From positions 30,001 through 62,000 of the forward strand of contig BAAFSQ010000010.1 of NCBI GenBank assembly GCA_054661495.1: a stretch of DNA of 32,000 bases. The letters run 5' to 3'. Of this stretch, positions 1 through 11,233 are shown in pieces (within the stretch, counting starts at the first letter, position 1; the number at the start of each line of letters is the position of its first letter). The position numbers and the translations under genes were made by a program. The notes beneath the pieces are model-generated. The model was not told where the DNA came from. It made no database searches and worked only from the letters and a program-made list of their open reading frames with translations. Origin of the DNA: Zygophlyctis sp. KS116 (taxonomy: Eukaryota > Fungi > Chytridiomycota).

Positions 1-3000
1 TCATTTCCAAGTAATGGGAATTATTACATGTTTGACCAATTTCTGAATAGTCAGCTCTTGGATGTAATTGAAGAATATTCGTCTCAAAAGCCTACATTGG
101 TGTTTTGCGCTACAAGAAAAAGTGTAGTCACATCAGCAGAGTCAATTATCAATCAGATTCATCAAAAAGTAACTGAGAGGAAATTTGGAAATAGCCATCC
201 TTTTGTGAAGACCAGAGATCAGTTTGATGCTCTACATGTTCTGAAGGGTAAAGTATCAGACAAAAAATTAGCTGGTATGCGAATAATTTAAATATTAATA
301 TTCTTAGAATGTGTCTTGGCTGGAGTCTCATTTCATCACGGTACTTTAAGTCCGTCGGACAGGAACTTGGTTGCAAACGCTTATTTGGATGGTCTACTTA
401 GTGTCATTTGTACGACTTCAACACTTGCCGTCGGCATAAATCTACCTGCTCATTTGGTAATTATCAAGTCCACTCATCAGTGGGTGAATGGACAAACAAA
501 GGATTACTCTGAATTAGATATGATGCAAATGCTCGGAAGAGCTGGCAGACCACAATTTGATGATTCTGCAGTAGCAGTGATTTTGACAACTCATGATAAA
601 AAGGAACGCTATGAAAATATGATTTGTGGTAAAGAAATTATTGAGAGCAGGTATTTGTTTTAAACATAAATGAAGTCTTCATGAAAATCTGGTAGAACAC
701 GTCAATGCTGAAATAGTGCTACAGACTATTTGCTCAGTTAATCAAGCGATCAAGTGGCTTTATTCGACATTTCTATTTGGTAAATCTTCAATATTGTAAT
801 TGATAGTTCGTATCCAGCAAAATCCTGATTATTATCAAAACAGTTATTCATTAAAGGGAGTGGCCGTTGAAAAACATCTTGAAGAATTATGTCTCCAAAA
901 GATTACCTTTCTAAACCAAAACTCTCTCTGTGTACTGTCGCCATTGAAGATGATTCAGCCGACTGGTAAGAACTAATGCTTATTAATTTCCCAGGGTATG
1001 GAAAGATAATGGCTAAATATTATGTTAAAGCAACAACCATGATTAATATTCTAAACATGAATCAGAAGAGTTCTCTTCAAGACGTATTGGAAGTTTTAAG
1101 TAAAAGCGACGAATTTCCCGTTAAATTTGGAGGAGATAAAGCCCATCTAAATGCCCTTAACAAGAACTTGGCGATGAGGTAATCTTTTTGATTTTAATTT
1201 GAAAGATATCCCATAAAAGGACGTGTTTCATCGATAGACCAAAAGATTAGTGTTTTGATTCAATGTGCTTTAGGATCAGTGGAGTTTACAGAAGTCAAAA
1301 CAAGTCAAGCTATGGTTAATGAAACAAATTTGATATTTCAGCATTCTCAAAGAGTTAATCGGTGTATTGTAGAAACTTGTCTAGAACGAAAGGATGTAGT
1401 CTCACTTCGAAACGCCCTAGAACTGTAAGTGTGAGTTTTCTAAATTTAAGATCGAAATGTATGCAAAGTAAAACTTGGGAAAATTCAATCCTTCAGCTTA
1501 AGCAACTTGATGGAATTGGGATAGGGAATGCAAGACTTCTTTCTAATGCTGGAATCGATTCTTTCCAAAAGATTCTTCTATCCGATGCTAGAACGATCGA
1601 ATATGCTGTGAATCGAAATCCTCCGTTTGGAAACAAGATCATCGACTCCATTAAACGATTTCCTCTGTTTTCAATGGAGATATCAGAGGTAATTCTTAGT
1701 GCTTAAAATTATTTTAGATTGTAGATATTTCTAAACCATATAAGGTGGAGTATCTCTGTCGCATTGGTCTGAAAAATCCGGAAACAGTTTCTCTTCGTAG
1801 CAAAAAAGGGGGCTTTTATAGTGCTATATTTCTGGTAAATACTTCCAATGAGCTACTGTATTATTCAAGAATATTCTTAAGCAAGTTGAAGGATGGTGAT
1901 ACTATCAGGCTTAATCACAATTCTAAAAAGAATGAAAAAATTGTTTTCTCATTGATGAGCGAAGACTTTGGTACGTGATATTTTTTCATAATGGCACAGT
2001 TGGTCTTGATGTTCATCAAGAATATACAGTGAATAAGAAAGCAGGAAATACTTTAAAGCCGGATAAATCTTTCTCTGTCGATAATTTTGATGATGATTTG
2101 ATTTATTATTGTGATAATGCAGTTAGTAATCTATCAAAAGCTAAGAATTTGGTAAAACCGGAAAGAACTCTGGATAATTGGTTAGTTCGTAAACCTCCTG
2201 ACAATGATCAAGTCATTTATGTTGATGATACGCCGATTAAAGAATCGCCATCATCAGTTTCATCCCCTCTTTTATATAGAGGAGCTCATGTGATTCCTAC
2301 TCCTGTTTCTTCTAATTCAAAGAAAGAGTCGACACTTCCTATAAGAGGAGCGGGCATGGTACCCTGTAAACATAACTGTAAGAATAAGAAAAAGTAATCT
2401 ATTTCCTTATTTAACATTAGATGTACTCATAATTGTTGCAAAGTTGGTATACCATATAAGAGTTCTTTGAAGAGAAAATCAAGGAAAAAAATAGAGGAAA
2501 ATGTTCAAGAAAATACCTCCAAAATCCGTACTTTACTTTCGCCTTTTTCTTATCAAAAACCTCAGACTTTACCAGACTCTTCTATAGAGGGCCGTCTAAT
2601 CCCTTCTGAAATTATTGGTAAGAGAAAGGAATATTCTATGAATGATCTTCTAGACATTGAATCTTCTGAAATTGATCAAGATAATGACTTGTCATTTACA
2701 GAGCCGTTGGATACTCAGGAAGTACTCTATGATGAAAGAAATTACGATGATAACAATGCTTGGGAATCATTTATGGAAGTCGAGCCTAATGTATGTGAGC
2801 CACTAGATTTAAATCTTGAACCAAATACTAGCATTGAAAATCCAAATACTGGCGCTCTTTCCGCGAACCAACCTGTCTCTCCACCAAATCCAAGTCTAAA
2901 GGATCAAAATTTCTCTAATTCTGAAGCTCTTGCGGACAAGAAGACTCTTGTAAATGTTGAATCTCTTCCTGATTGTAAAACTAGAAAAAACGAAATCAGA

Positions 3001-3024
3001 AATCTTCTCATGGATCTCTTTTAG
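1..3024 (+). CDS. MER3: Meiotic DExH helicase MER3/HFM1 (5'-truncated by window), with Sec63/Brl domain and C-terminal Cys/His zinc-finger motif
   Basis: Helicase motifs LVFCATRK, FHHG, CTTSTLAVGINLPAHLVIIKST, QMLGRAGRPQFD, ESSLHENLVEHVNAEIV, and spliced PCKHNCKNKKKCTHNCCK. Frame-restoring introns: 275-307, 651-675, 780-806, 966-994, 1179-1205, 1425-1450, 1689-1717, 1971-1999, 2394-2420. Confidence 0.93.
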
Positions 3025-3076
3025 CTCTGTCTTGTCTTGAAACAACAAATTTTAAGTTTCATTAATTTGTTTGGAA

Positions 3077-3523
3077 ATGATATTCCCATTGATTTATACA
3101 TTCTTGAGCCTACTGATTGTTTCTGGTAAACAATATAGTACAGATCTTGCTAATAATGCGACATTGGAAATCGCAAAAGAGTTTAGTAGAGAAATGCAAG
3201 AAGATGGAATCCCATCAGCCCAATATTCTTCAATCCTCAACTCCTTCTCAAACACTGCACCTGAAATCATTGACAAAAACTTGAAAGAGTTCGGACAAGA
3301 AGTTCAAAAATCTCATTCAGACTCATCCTTTCTAGTTTCAAAATACTCTAGGAAGGCCACTCTAGAGATTGAAGAATCTCTAAAAAACTCAAATGATCTA
3401 TCGCTGTCTAAACGAGCAAGAATTGATTTGTTTCTATCAAGAATGTGCAATGTACTACTGATTGCATGGATCGGTGCATTACTCTACGATTACTTTTCAC
3501 GTAGCCGCATGCATAATAAATAG
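3077..3523 (+). CDS. Small secreted or membrane protein of unknown function (signal peptide, KR site, C-terminal hydrophobic helix)
   Basis: Intronless ORF, first ATG at 3077. N-terminus MIFPLIYTFLSLLIVSG is hydrophobic; LSLSKR precedes VLLIAWIGALLYDYF. Confidence 0.7.
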   Translation: MIFPLIYTFLSLLIVSGKQYSTDLANNATLEIAKEFSREMQEDGIPSAQYSSILNSFSNTAPEIIDKNLKEFGQEVQKSHSDSSFLVSKYSRKATLEIEESLKNSNDLSLSKRARIDLFLSRMCNVLLIAWIGALLYDYFSRSRMHNK

Positions 3524-3634
3524 CGCTGATTTAATCTGCTATGAATCCTTTTGTATTGTTTGAGAAGACTGCCCATGGCTGATATGAAAAATTAATGGTT
3601 GAGTAGTTTAAGGTCGTTTGAGCTGCAAATTCTT

Positions 3635-4791
3635 ATGGACTGGGAAGGCATTGAGAGAGAGAATGATCATGGCATTCCATTGCCGATTGAGAAAGAAATG
3701 GCTTTGATGCATACAATCTTTAGTTATTTCCAAGACTCTGAAATCAAGGGAACATTGGCTAATCTTGGTATCAGTGATCTAGATCTTGAATGTATTATAT
3801 TATTGCTCAAATTTAGGGATTGATGTATCGGCCTTGATGAAATTCAAGAAAATATCAGATCTTATTAGTAATAGTTTTCATTTGGCAGACATTATCATTA
3901 AGCATGCAAGTTTATATTTTCAAGTTTCTGCCGATTGTCAGAAATTGAAAAGAATTAGATCGTATGATTGGGATCAAGTTAAAAAAGAGTCGCTAGGTAT
4001 ATCTATATGCAATACATTGGCAATCTCTGTATCTGGATTTTCAACAGTTGCGACTGAAGAAGAAGTCAAAATATTCTTAGAGTCAAAATGTGGCACCTTG
4101 TCTGGATTTTCAAGAGATTTAAATGAATATGGTATATGGAATATTCAATTTGATAAGTTTGATGATTTATTGAATGCAATGTCTCTTAATCTTGAATATC
4201 AAGATTCAAGGATAAAGTTTAGATGTAAAAGGTAAAAAGTTTGAATTTATTTTTAGTTTGAATAATCAGGTTTCTAATTTATACAAGGGAGTAAAGACAA
4301 ATTCTGGGATATCATTTACTCCTAATAGAATACTAGAGTTTAAGAAAGATGGAGATAAAATCATTGATAAGTCTAGATTAGTTAAAATTTTTGAAGAGTA
4401 TGCATTGGTTGTTACAATTGATTTTGATGGTTCAAGTAGTGGATATGTTCGATTAAAAAAACCTGTTGCTAATCAAGTAGTGGATGTTATAAACAGAAAC
4501 GGTGGATTATCTTTAAATGATCAAGTTTTAGAGGTTTGTGCCTTACAAGGGAATGAAGAACGAGTTTATTGGGAGATTTATGGATCAAAACCTATAATTT
4601 CTAAAGTACCAATAATACCAATTAAAAAGAATGGATTAAAGCGTCATGCAGGTATTTCATCTCATCTACGAAAGGACACAAGCTTGAACAAGAAAAGTGG
4701 ATCTTGTATTCTTAAAAAATCAAAAAAGAGAAAAGCTTCTCTAAACAAGGTTCGCATTAATGACTTGTTAGACTCAATTTCACAATTATAA
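3635..4791 (+). CDS. La-related RNA-binding protein (La motif + RRM + xRRM + basic tail; La/LARP7-like)
   Basis: La-motif-like TIFSYFQDS...EWIDVSALMKFKKI...FQVSADCQKLKR, an RRM, and an xRRM ending LQGNEERVYW. Introns 3792-3816 and 4232-4256 (25 nt each). Start codon uncertain. Confidence 0.75.
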
Positions 4792-4845
4792 TTTAGCTTT
4801 AGAATTTATGCTTTAGAGTTATGGTGGATATCGCTTGCTTTTTAA

Positions 4846-4854
4846 ATGACTCAT
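4846..4854. promoter_or_regulatory. Candidate bZIP (Gcn4/AP-1-type) site ATGACTCAT
   Basis: Exact consensus about 60 bp upstream of the ATG at 4914; a single short motif. Confidence 0.3.
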
Positions 4855-4913
4855 ACAAAAGTTTCTGAAAAAAACATAAATAGCAGAGCTTTTGACAGTT
4901 TCTTAAAATAAAA

Positions 4914-5915
4914 ATGATCTACTCTTCAATTTTCATTGTCTTTTATGCTAGTTTCGCTTCTTGTCAAACTACTGAAACTACTAGCACGCCTTCTGAAATC
5001 GCTTCATCTGAAGCAACTTCTTCTACTAGCAATGCCTATGGAGTTTCTTCTACAACTGAATCTGGCTCTGGCGCATATTTCCTTTCTGCCTATTCTTCTC
5101 AAATAAGCCAAGTTCTAGAGTCAATTTCTGCCTGTAAATCTCTTGCCAAGGAAACTGCAGCCTATAAATTACCATCTGGAGATTATGAATCATCTTATGG
5201 ATCATCTTATGGCCATAGAAAAGGAGTCAATGTAACTTGCAGTATTTCTTGTTACAAGGATGGCTCTCCAACTCCTACTGCTTCAATTGAATCAAATACT
5301 CCTGGTCTCTCTAAAAGATCTTTGGAAACTCCAACTCCTGAATCTGCTCCAGAAAATATCTCTCAAGGATCAGATACAAGACCCAGAATTGATGATTTGA
5401 ACCGACCAATCCTTCCAATTGATCGTGTTCCAGATAGACCTTTGAATGGACCTCTGGATAGACCTTTGAATGGACCATTGTGTGGCAGTTTAAATAGACC
5501 ATTAGATAGACCATTAGATAGACCTTTGGATGGGCCATTAGATAGACCTCTGGATAGACCTCTGGATGGACCATTAGATAGACCTTTGAATGGGCCATTA
5601 GATAGACCTCTGGATAGACCTCTGGATAGACCTTTGGATTGTGAATCTAGAAATCGCCCAAATTCACCACAAATTCCCTGGGGATGGCCATCAAATTACC
5701 GTGCCAATAGACCAAATCGGTTCTTATGTCACTATCATGCAGCTACAGGTCCAGAATGTGAAGTTATTTATCAGCAAGCTGCAGCTACATATTGCTCTAA
5801 ATCTAGAAATCCCAGATTATGTGTAGTAAAAGCCTGTCAAGTTATGGATCAATGCAAGAATATTGTAGCTACTGGAAGAGGCTATTGTTGGAATCCAAAA
5901 TGGTTTTCTGGATAG
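4914..5915 (+). CDS. Secreted protein with Ser/Thr-rich region, KR site, DRPL tetrapeptide repeats and Cys-rich C-terminal domain
   Basis: Intronless 333-aa ORF; signal-peptide-like MIYSSIFIVFYASFASC; GLSKR; 7 Cys in the last ~62 aa. Confidence 0.82.
   Translation: MIYSSIFIVFYASFASCQTTETTSTPSEIASSEATSSTSNAYGVSSTTESGSGAYFLSAYSSQISQVLESISACKSLAKETAAYKLPSGDYESSYGSSYGHRKGVNVTCSISCYKDGSPTPTASIESNTPGLSKRSLETPTPESAPENISQGSDTRPRIDDLNRPILPIDRVPDRPLNGPLDRPLNGPLCGSLNRPLDRPLDRPLDGPLDRPLDRPLDGPLDRPLNGPLDRPLDRPLDRPLDCESRNRPNSPQIPWGWPSNYRANRPNRFLCHYHAATGPECEVIYQQAAATYCSKSRNPRLCVVKACQVMDQCKNIVATGRGYCWNPKWFSG
5433..5636 (+). repeat. 12-bp coding minisatellite, 17 units ([D/N][R/G]PL)
   Basis: Units such as GATAGACCTTTG, GATAGACCATTA, GATGGACCATTA, AATGGACCTCTG. 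Confidence 0.95.
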
Positions 5916-5970
5916 ATTGATTTGTTGCATTAAATAAGACTTTGAATTGCTGATTTACTATTTTCTACAA

Positions 5971-6090
5971 TGACTGACTGACTGATGGGCCGAGTGAGTG
6001 AGTGAGTGACTGATGGACAGCCAGACTGATGGACAGATAGACTGATGGACAGCCAGACAGACAGCCAGATGGACAGCCTGATAGACTGTT
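5971..6090. repeat. Intergenic degenerate 4-bp-periodic repeat (TGAC/TGAG/TGAT/GGAC/AGCC/AGAC)
   Basis: TGACTGACTGACTGAT...GAGTGAGTGAGTGAG...GACTGATGGACAGCCA recurring; strict 4-nt phase over about 120 bp. Confidence 0.9.
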
Positions 6091-6126
6091 GGGCCATCGG
6101 GGTTAGTACAATTTAGGAGAAAAAGA

Positions 6127-8219
6127 ATGGAACTTATGTCACAAGTTGATGAGTTTGAAGAGTTTGTGAGCAAGTTCTCTTCTCAAATGCAAGATATCCT
6201 TAAAAAAGACCCAAAGTCAAGTCCAGCAGAGGTCGTGAAAAAGTCTGAGGCCGAAAGATTAAAGGGAAATGACGCTTTTAAATCTGCAGATTACTCAAAA
6301 GCTATTAAATTCTATAATAGTGCTATTAAAATACTAGCGATGGAATCTATTCCTATAGATCCAGTTCTGTTGACTAATCGAGCATTGGCGTTTTTGAAAT
6401 GTAATGAATTTAAAAAGGCTCTTGATGACTGTAATGCCGCTAATAAATTGGATCCAAAGAATATAAAGGCGATTTGGAGAAGGATAAGTGCATTCAGAGG
6501 ACTGAAAGAGTATCAAAAGGCGTTGGAGGATGTAACGAGGCTAAAAAGAGATTTAGGTATGTTATAAAGAGTTTATTTGAAAGTTTTGGATAATTCTGGG
6601 ATTTCTAATGATGATATTAATAAAATGAAGAGGCTGATAGAGATGGAACTCTTTCAGTATACTCATGAAAAAGAGTTAAAGGCAGCATTGGATAAAGATG
6701 GTTCAAGAGTGTTTATGGAACAGGTTTTTATATCATTAGAAAAAGGATTAGATAAATATAAGGGTGGTCCGGCATCTGCAGAGTTAAATATGACTTGTAC
6801 AGTGCTAATGAAACTTTTGGATTCGCATGAATCAGCTTCTGGTAATTTTATAGACTAAAAATATAATAGATACTTTTCGTATTTGTGGTGGGTTTGAAAG
6901 GCTTGTAAAAAGAACTAGTTTAGATACAGTTCCGATTATAATGCCAATATTAATGTGTCTTTTACATAATAATCAAGTAAATAAGAGACATATGTCAAAA
7001 CACATGTCTCAAGTTTTAACAGGTGTGTTTTCTACTTTACCACAATTGGATGGATCTAAAATAACTACAGCTGCAATGGTTGTAGATCTTGTAGGAAATT
7101 GTGCAAGGGAAGAGGCTTGTCTTCAAGTTTTATGCTCGCAGAAATTTCAACCTTGGACTGAAAATTTGGGTGCTACAACAATGGTTGTTTTAGCAATGAA
7201 AAGAAATTCAATTAGAGGTTCAGTTCATATTTACTATGCATTGACATTTGTACATGCGCTTCTATCTTGTACAAGGGGAATAGATGCATTTTTTAGAATT
7301 TACAAGTTCAATTTATCACAAGTACTGGCTTCTATTGCTCTACATTTTGCAGACGAATCTATTGAAGGGGAAAAGAAGAAAATGCTTTCATTATGTGTTG
7401 AAAGTGTTCAGTCCATTTTAAAGAGTGAAATACCAATCAAAAGTCTAGCCTTGAATCATTCTATGCATTCTTTGGTCACTGCAGTTTGTTCAAATTTTGA
7501 TTCTGCTTCAGTAGCTTTTGTTGATATGGTAACTCTTCTCTACAATATGTTAATTTATCTTGATCATCCTATTCCAGATATAATCACAGAAACAAATCTT
7601 CCCATGGTCTTACTCAAGAGGTACAGATCTGAACATTTACCAATATGCCTACATACTACTGCTAAATTGGTAAAGTTTCACAGTAAATTAGTTGCAAATT
7701 ATTTGGGACAAATTTGGTCTGATACAGAAATGAAGAAAATAATTAAAAGTTCTGATGCAAAAAATGTCAAGGCAGGTCTTCAATTATTGGCGAGTTGGTT
7801 ACAGTCTTCTGAATCTCATGTTTCTCATTGGATGAAGCAGGGAGGATTTGAGATGTTAATTCAACTTTTGGTCCGAGAGAACACAAAACCTGAAATGGAT
7901 GGATATATTATTGGAAATGCCGCTCTTTGTTTGGGAGAATGTGCTATTAAGAGTAATTTTGTTAATTTTTGATGTCTAGTTGATCATGCTCGACATTTGG
8001 TAAAAATGAATGCAGTTGATCCACTTGTACATATATTGCAAAAAAATGGAGAGCCTGGTGTTCAAAGAAATATAGCCATTGTATGCGCAAGATTATGCCA
8101 AGTCTGTAATTTCTTTATTAAATTAAAAATTAGCTGAAGGTCTAGATCGCATTAGAGCTCTAAAAGGAATTGAACTCATGTATGGACTAGGAAATAAGAT
8201 TATGAATTCTTCCCGATAA
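6127..8219 (+). CDS. TTC12: TPR + armadillo-repeat protein, TTC12-like (axonemal dynein assembly factor family)
   Basis: Three TPRs (LKGNDAFKSADYSKAIKFY, LLTNRALAFLK, IKAIWRR). C-terminus IIGNAALCLGEC...VQRNIAIVCARLCQ...RIRALKGIELM resembles TTC12. Introns 6557-6583, 6842-6869, 7953-7979, 8106-8133. Confidence 0.78.
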
Positions 8220-8242
8220 TTTGAAAATTGTAAATAATCCAT

Positions 8243-8536
8243 TTATTCTTCATCTATAATGCCGTGACCATAATTCCCCTTTAATCGTCTTGCAGGATTC
8301 ATCTAAAATTATCATTAAAATTAATAAAATACTATATTAATCTGACATTCAGCCCATGCTCTATTCGCTTGTCTGCATTCGACCGGTGCCACTGGATGTT
8401 CAATATTTGCATGAATCATTTTCTTATCAGGAATCATATCTAGACACTCTTGCGGTGAATGCTCATGCTTTAGCACACAAGAAGAATGGATCAGACAATT
8501 ATACAGATTGTTAAAGAATCTATCGCAAGATGGCAT
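8243..8536 (-). CDS. PET191: Twin CX9C cytochrome c oxidase assembly factor PET191/COA5
   Basis: SCDRFFNNLYNCLIHSSCV...PQECL...PVECRQANRAWAEC; after intron 8303-8332 it reads MNPARRLKGNY. Confidence 0.8.
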
Positions 8537-8701
8537 GATGTTTTAGGTTGTTGAGGCCTGCAAACGGTCAGACAACTCTATTGTATTTGTGAAGATCACA
8601 GAGTCTGATCGTAACTATGCAAACTGCATTTAATGCATCATACATCCGGACAGTTTTCGAATATCAGCAAAACAAAATTTCTTAATTGTACAATTTAATA
8701 A

Positions 8702-9144
8702 TCAAGAATAAACAAAATGAATCACGAAATTGATCAATATCGCAAGGAAAACGACTCCGACTAGTACAAATGTACCATATATGTCTTCATATAATATTCC
8801 TTTTTCTAATATTCAACGATTAATAAATCACCTTTTCTTGCTAATTTGTTTGCTCTGATATGATACTGAGCCAATGCATAAAACATCATTCCAATTGTAA
8901 CAATCATAAAGAGAAATCCAGATACTGATGTTCCCGGAGAGTCGCTAAAGTTGATAAATCCAATGCCTAAGCTGCCGAGGATCAGACAGAGCTGAAGCCA
9001 AGATAAAAAGGTTCGCTCATTGGCAAAAAAGCCTTTGGGATTGGGAGGGATGGAGACCGTCTGATCATTAGACTCTGGCAGCGGAGACCAGAAATTTAGG
9101 AAGCCAAAGACTCCAGTTCTAGTTAAAGTTTGCTCTAGAGGCAT
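8702..9144 (-). CDS. VTC1: Vacuolar transporter chaperone VTC1-like (DUF202) three-helix membrane protein
   Basis: PKGFFANERTFLSWL motif; after intron 8806-8831, YEDIYGTFVLVGVVFLAILINFV. No SPX or catalytic domain. Confidence 0.82.
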
Positions 9145-9150
9145 AAAAGT

Positions 9151-10575
9151 TTATTTGATTGGGTTTGGAGAGATTCTCCATCTCATCAATCTCCGTACAT
9201 TAATTCTAAAGTCATCATAATCAATCAATGAATCACTTCTAGTGATTTTTTTTGGTAAATGTTTGAGTAATGAGTCCTTTCTTGCATTTATAATAGATTT
9301 GACCGATTCATTTTCTCCAATTATAAGTCCACATTTCATGTAAAAATAAATATGTCCAAGTTGAGTTCCCCAGTCTGAATGTTTTTGAACTTGTAATACA
9401 CGAGACCACCATCTTTTTATGCCTTCATCATCAAAAGTCTTGGATTTCATGGCTTTATAGGAGATCCAAAGCATAAATATAATAGGGCAATCTTCATCAG
9501 TAAGTCTTTTATAAGCGACTTCAAAAGATTGGATTTTTATGGCCGATTCAACATAGAGTTTGGTAAATTCAAACTGATTTGAGAGTTTAAAGACATTGTC
9601 TTGTTTAGACTGTACAAAATCTAACCATGTTAATCCCAATGATGGTTTTTTAGAGTCTAAACAAAATTTAAGAAGGCTAGTCATATCTGATTGGTAGACT
9701 TTTCTCTTTAGTTTTGAATCATCAACTTTAAGACATAATCCGTAAAATGTGTTTATAGTATCAAATCCTTGATCAAACTGATTTAATGAAGAGTAAAATA
9801 AGACAGCTTTCCTAATTAATTCATTATCTATAGTTGTAACTGGTACATTATTTGCCTTTTTAGCATGTAAATCCAAATAATTAATCCAAAGTTGAATTCC
9901 CAATTCAGAAGCATGTTCATTAGATGCAATAGTGCATACACCCATCATCATTGCATATGTTATATGATCAGCTTTGCATTTTGATAATGGATTACTTGGA
10001 TCATGATTTTTTGATACATTTCCTAATTGTTCAAATACTTCCCAAGCAAGATTATATCCACCATTATGACAACATACATTACAAACATGTAATAATGCAT
10101 TGACTGTTTGAATTGAAATTTCCGGTTGAGCAATGGCAATTTTCCAAATTTCATCAGTTATCTGCATGCAATTTGATTTATGAAGATCTTCTCCTAATGC
10201 AGCATACTTTGCGATTGCGGAAAATAGAGAAGTATACCCATGTGGAGATAGAGTCCTATTTCTTCTTAAAATGATTTGATTTAATTTTAAAACTTGCGAA
10301 TATTCCCCAACATTTGCCAATGCAGCAATCATTTTCCCATAGACTTCTTTAGTAGATGATCCAGCATGTCTGTTAATGAGATCAAATGCTTTAGTAATCC
10401 CAGTCTTATCTTTAGCGATCAAGCTCTGTATCCTTTCAGAGAGCAGAAAAGAGTCATTGTACCATTCTATTCTGGGTCCTTTTTCAGCATTAGGGATAAT
10501 TTTCTCTGCATTGTTTAATGGCTTTTGGGATATGATTCTAAGCTTGCTAGCCTTTGTAATTGTCCTTTTAATCAT
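9151..10575 (-). CDS. Pentatricopeptide-repeat-like protein, probably mitochondrial
   Basis: Intronless 474-aa ORF; basic N-terminus; PPR-like units EVYGKMIAALANVG, HGYTSLFSAIAK, QTVNALLHVC, DHITYAMMMGVC. Confidence 0.72.
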   Translation of the reverse strand: MIKRTITKASKLRIISQKPLNNAEKIIPNAEKGPRIEWYNDSFLLSERIQSLIAKDKTGITKAFDLINRHAGSSTKEVYGKMIAALANVGEYSQVLKLNQIILRRNRTLSPHGYTSLFSAIAKYAALGEDLHKSNCMQITDEIWKIAIAQPEISIQTVNALLHVCNVCCHNGGYNLAWEVFEQLGNVSKNHDPSNPLSKCKADHITYAMMMGVCTIASNEHASELGIQLWINYLDLHAKKANNVPVTTIDNELIRKAVLFYSSLNQFDQGFDTINTFYGLCLKVDDSKLKRKVYQSDMTSLLKFCLDSKKPSLGLTWLDFVQSKQDNVFKLSNQFEFTKLYVESAIKIQSFEVAYKRLTDEDCPIIFMLWISYKAMKSKTFDDEGIKRWWSRVLQVQKHSDWGTQLGHIYFYMKCGLIIGENESVKSIINARKDSLLKHLPKKITRSDSLIDYDDFRINVRRLMRWRISPNPIK

Positions 10576-10673
10576 TCAGTAGTTTTTTCGCTTGCTGTGA
10601 GGGTCGTTCTTGTATGTAGTTCCCACGGCTCTGACATGTCAAAAACAATATTTAAAAATCCCATTACCAGGAC

Positions 10674-11227
10674 ATGTTAGAGCTAGCTTTGACTGATTGC
10701 AATGCATTGACTTTGACAAAAAAATCTAAATCGTTTCGGACATTGCCGGCCAGTGTTAGAAATCAAAGGCTGATAGATCTGATTGCTCATTCTATTCTAA
10801 AAATCAATCAGAACCAGGAGACTCCTGACCTTCCAATATTTGTAGAGAAACTTTTGCAGTAAGTTTTTTACTTATAAAATCAAGGATCAGTGGAACGAAT
10901 GAAAATATTACAATCGTTTCCTTGATTTTGATGAATCGTCTTGTTGAAGTGGATAGTGTTTCGGATCATGGTCGTAAAATATATCTTGTGTGTTTAATCA
11001 TTGCTACAAAGATATTAACTGAACCAGGTAATGCACATGCGCCCTAACTCAAAGGATTCACTAATGGTGCATGGGCTCGATTATTAAAGATTGATCGAGA
11101 TGAGATCAATTGCATTGAATTAGTCATACTAGATCGGCTGAACTACAATACTCATGTCACTCTGCAGCAGTTTTACAAACTTAAAAAGTCAATTGTAGAA
11201 TTTCAATTTGGGAAAAAACGTACTTAA
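10674..11227 (+). CDS. PHO80/PCL-family cyclin
   Basis: Spliced product (introns 10859-10884, 11028-11054) contains IVSLILMNRL...KIYLVCLIIATKIL...FTNGAWARLL...EINCIELVILDRLNYNTHV, a Pho80/Pcl cyclin box. Confidence 0.82.
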
Positions 11228-11233
11228 AATATA

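Noticed and set aside
5311-5598. Antisense and alternate-frame ORFs (also 3094-3276, 18419-18679, 19081-19548, 26606-27518, 29650-29961)
   Set aside because: Shadows of real genes, repeats or the tRNA, with no recognisable protein features.
5433-6090. Repeats as a possible CRISPR array
   Set aside because: Tandem units without unique spacers, eukaryotic context, and no cas genes.
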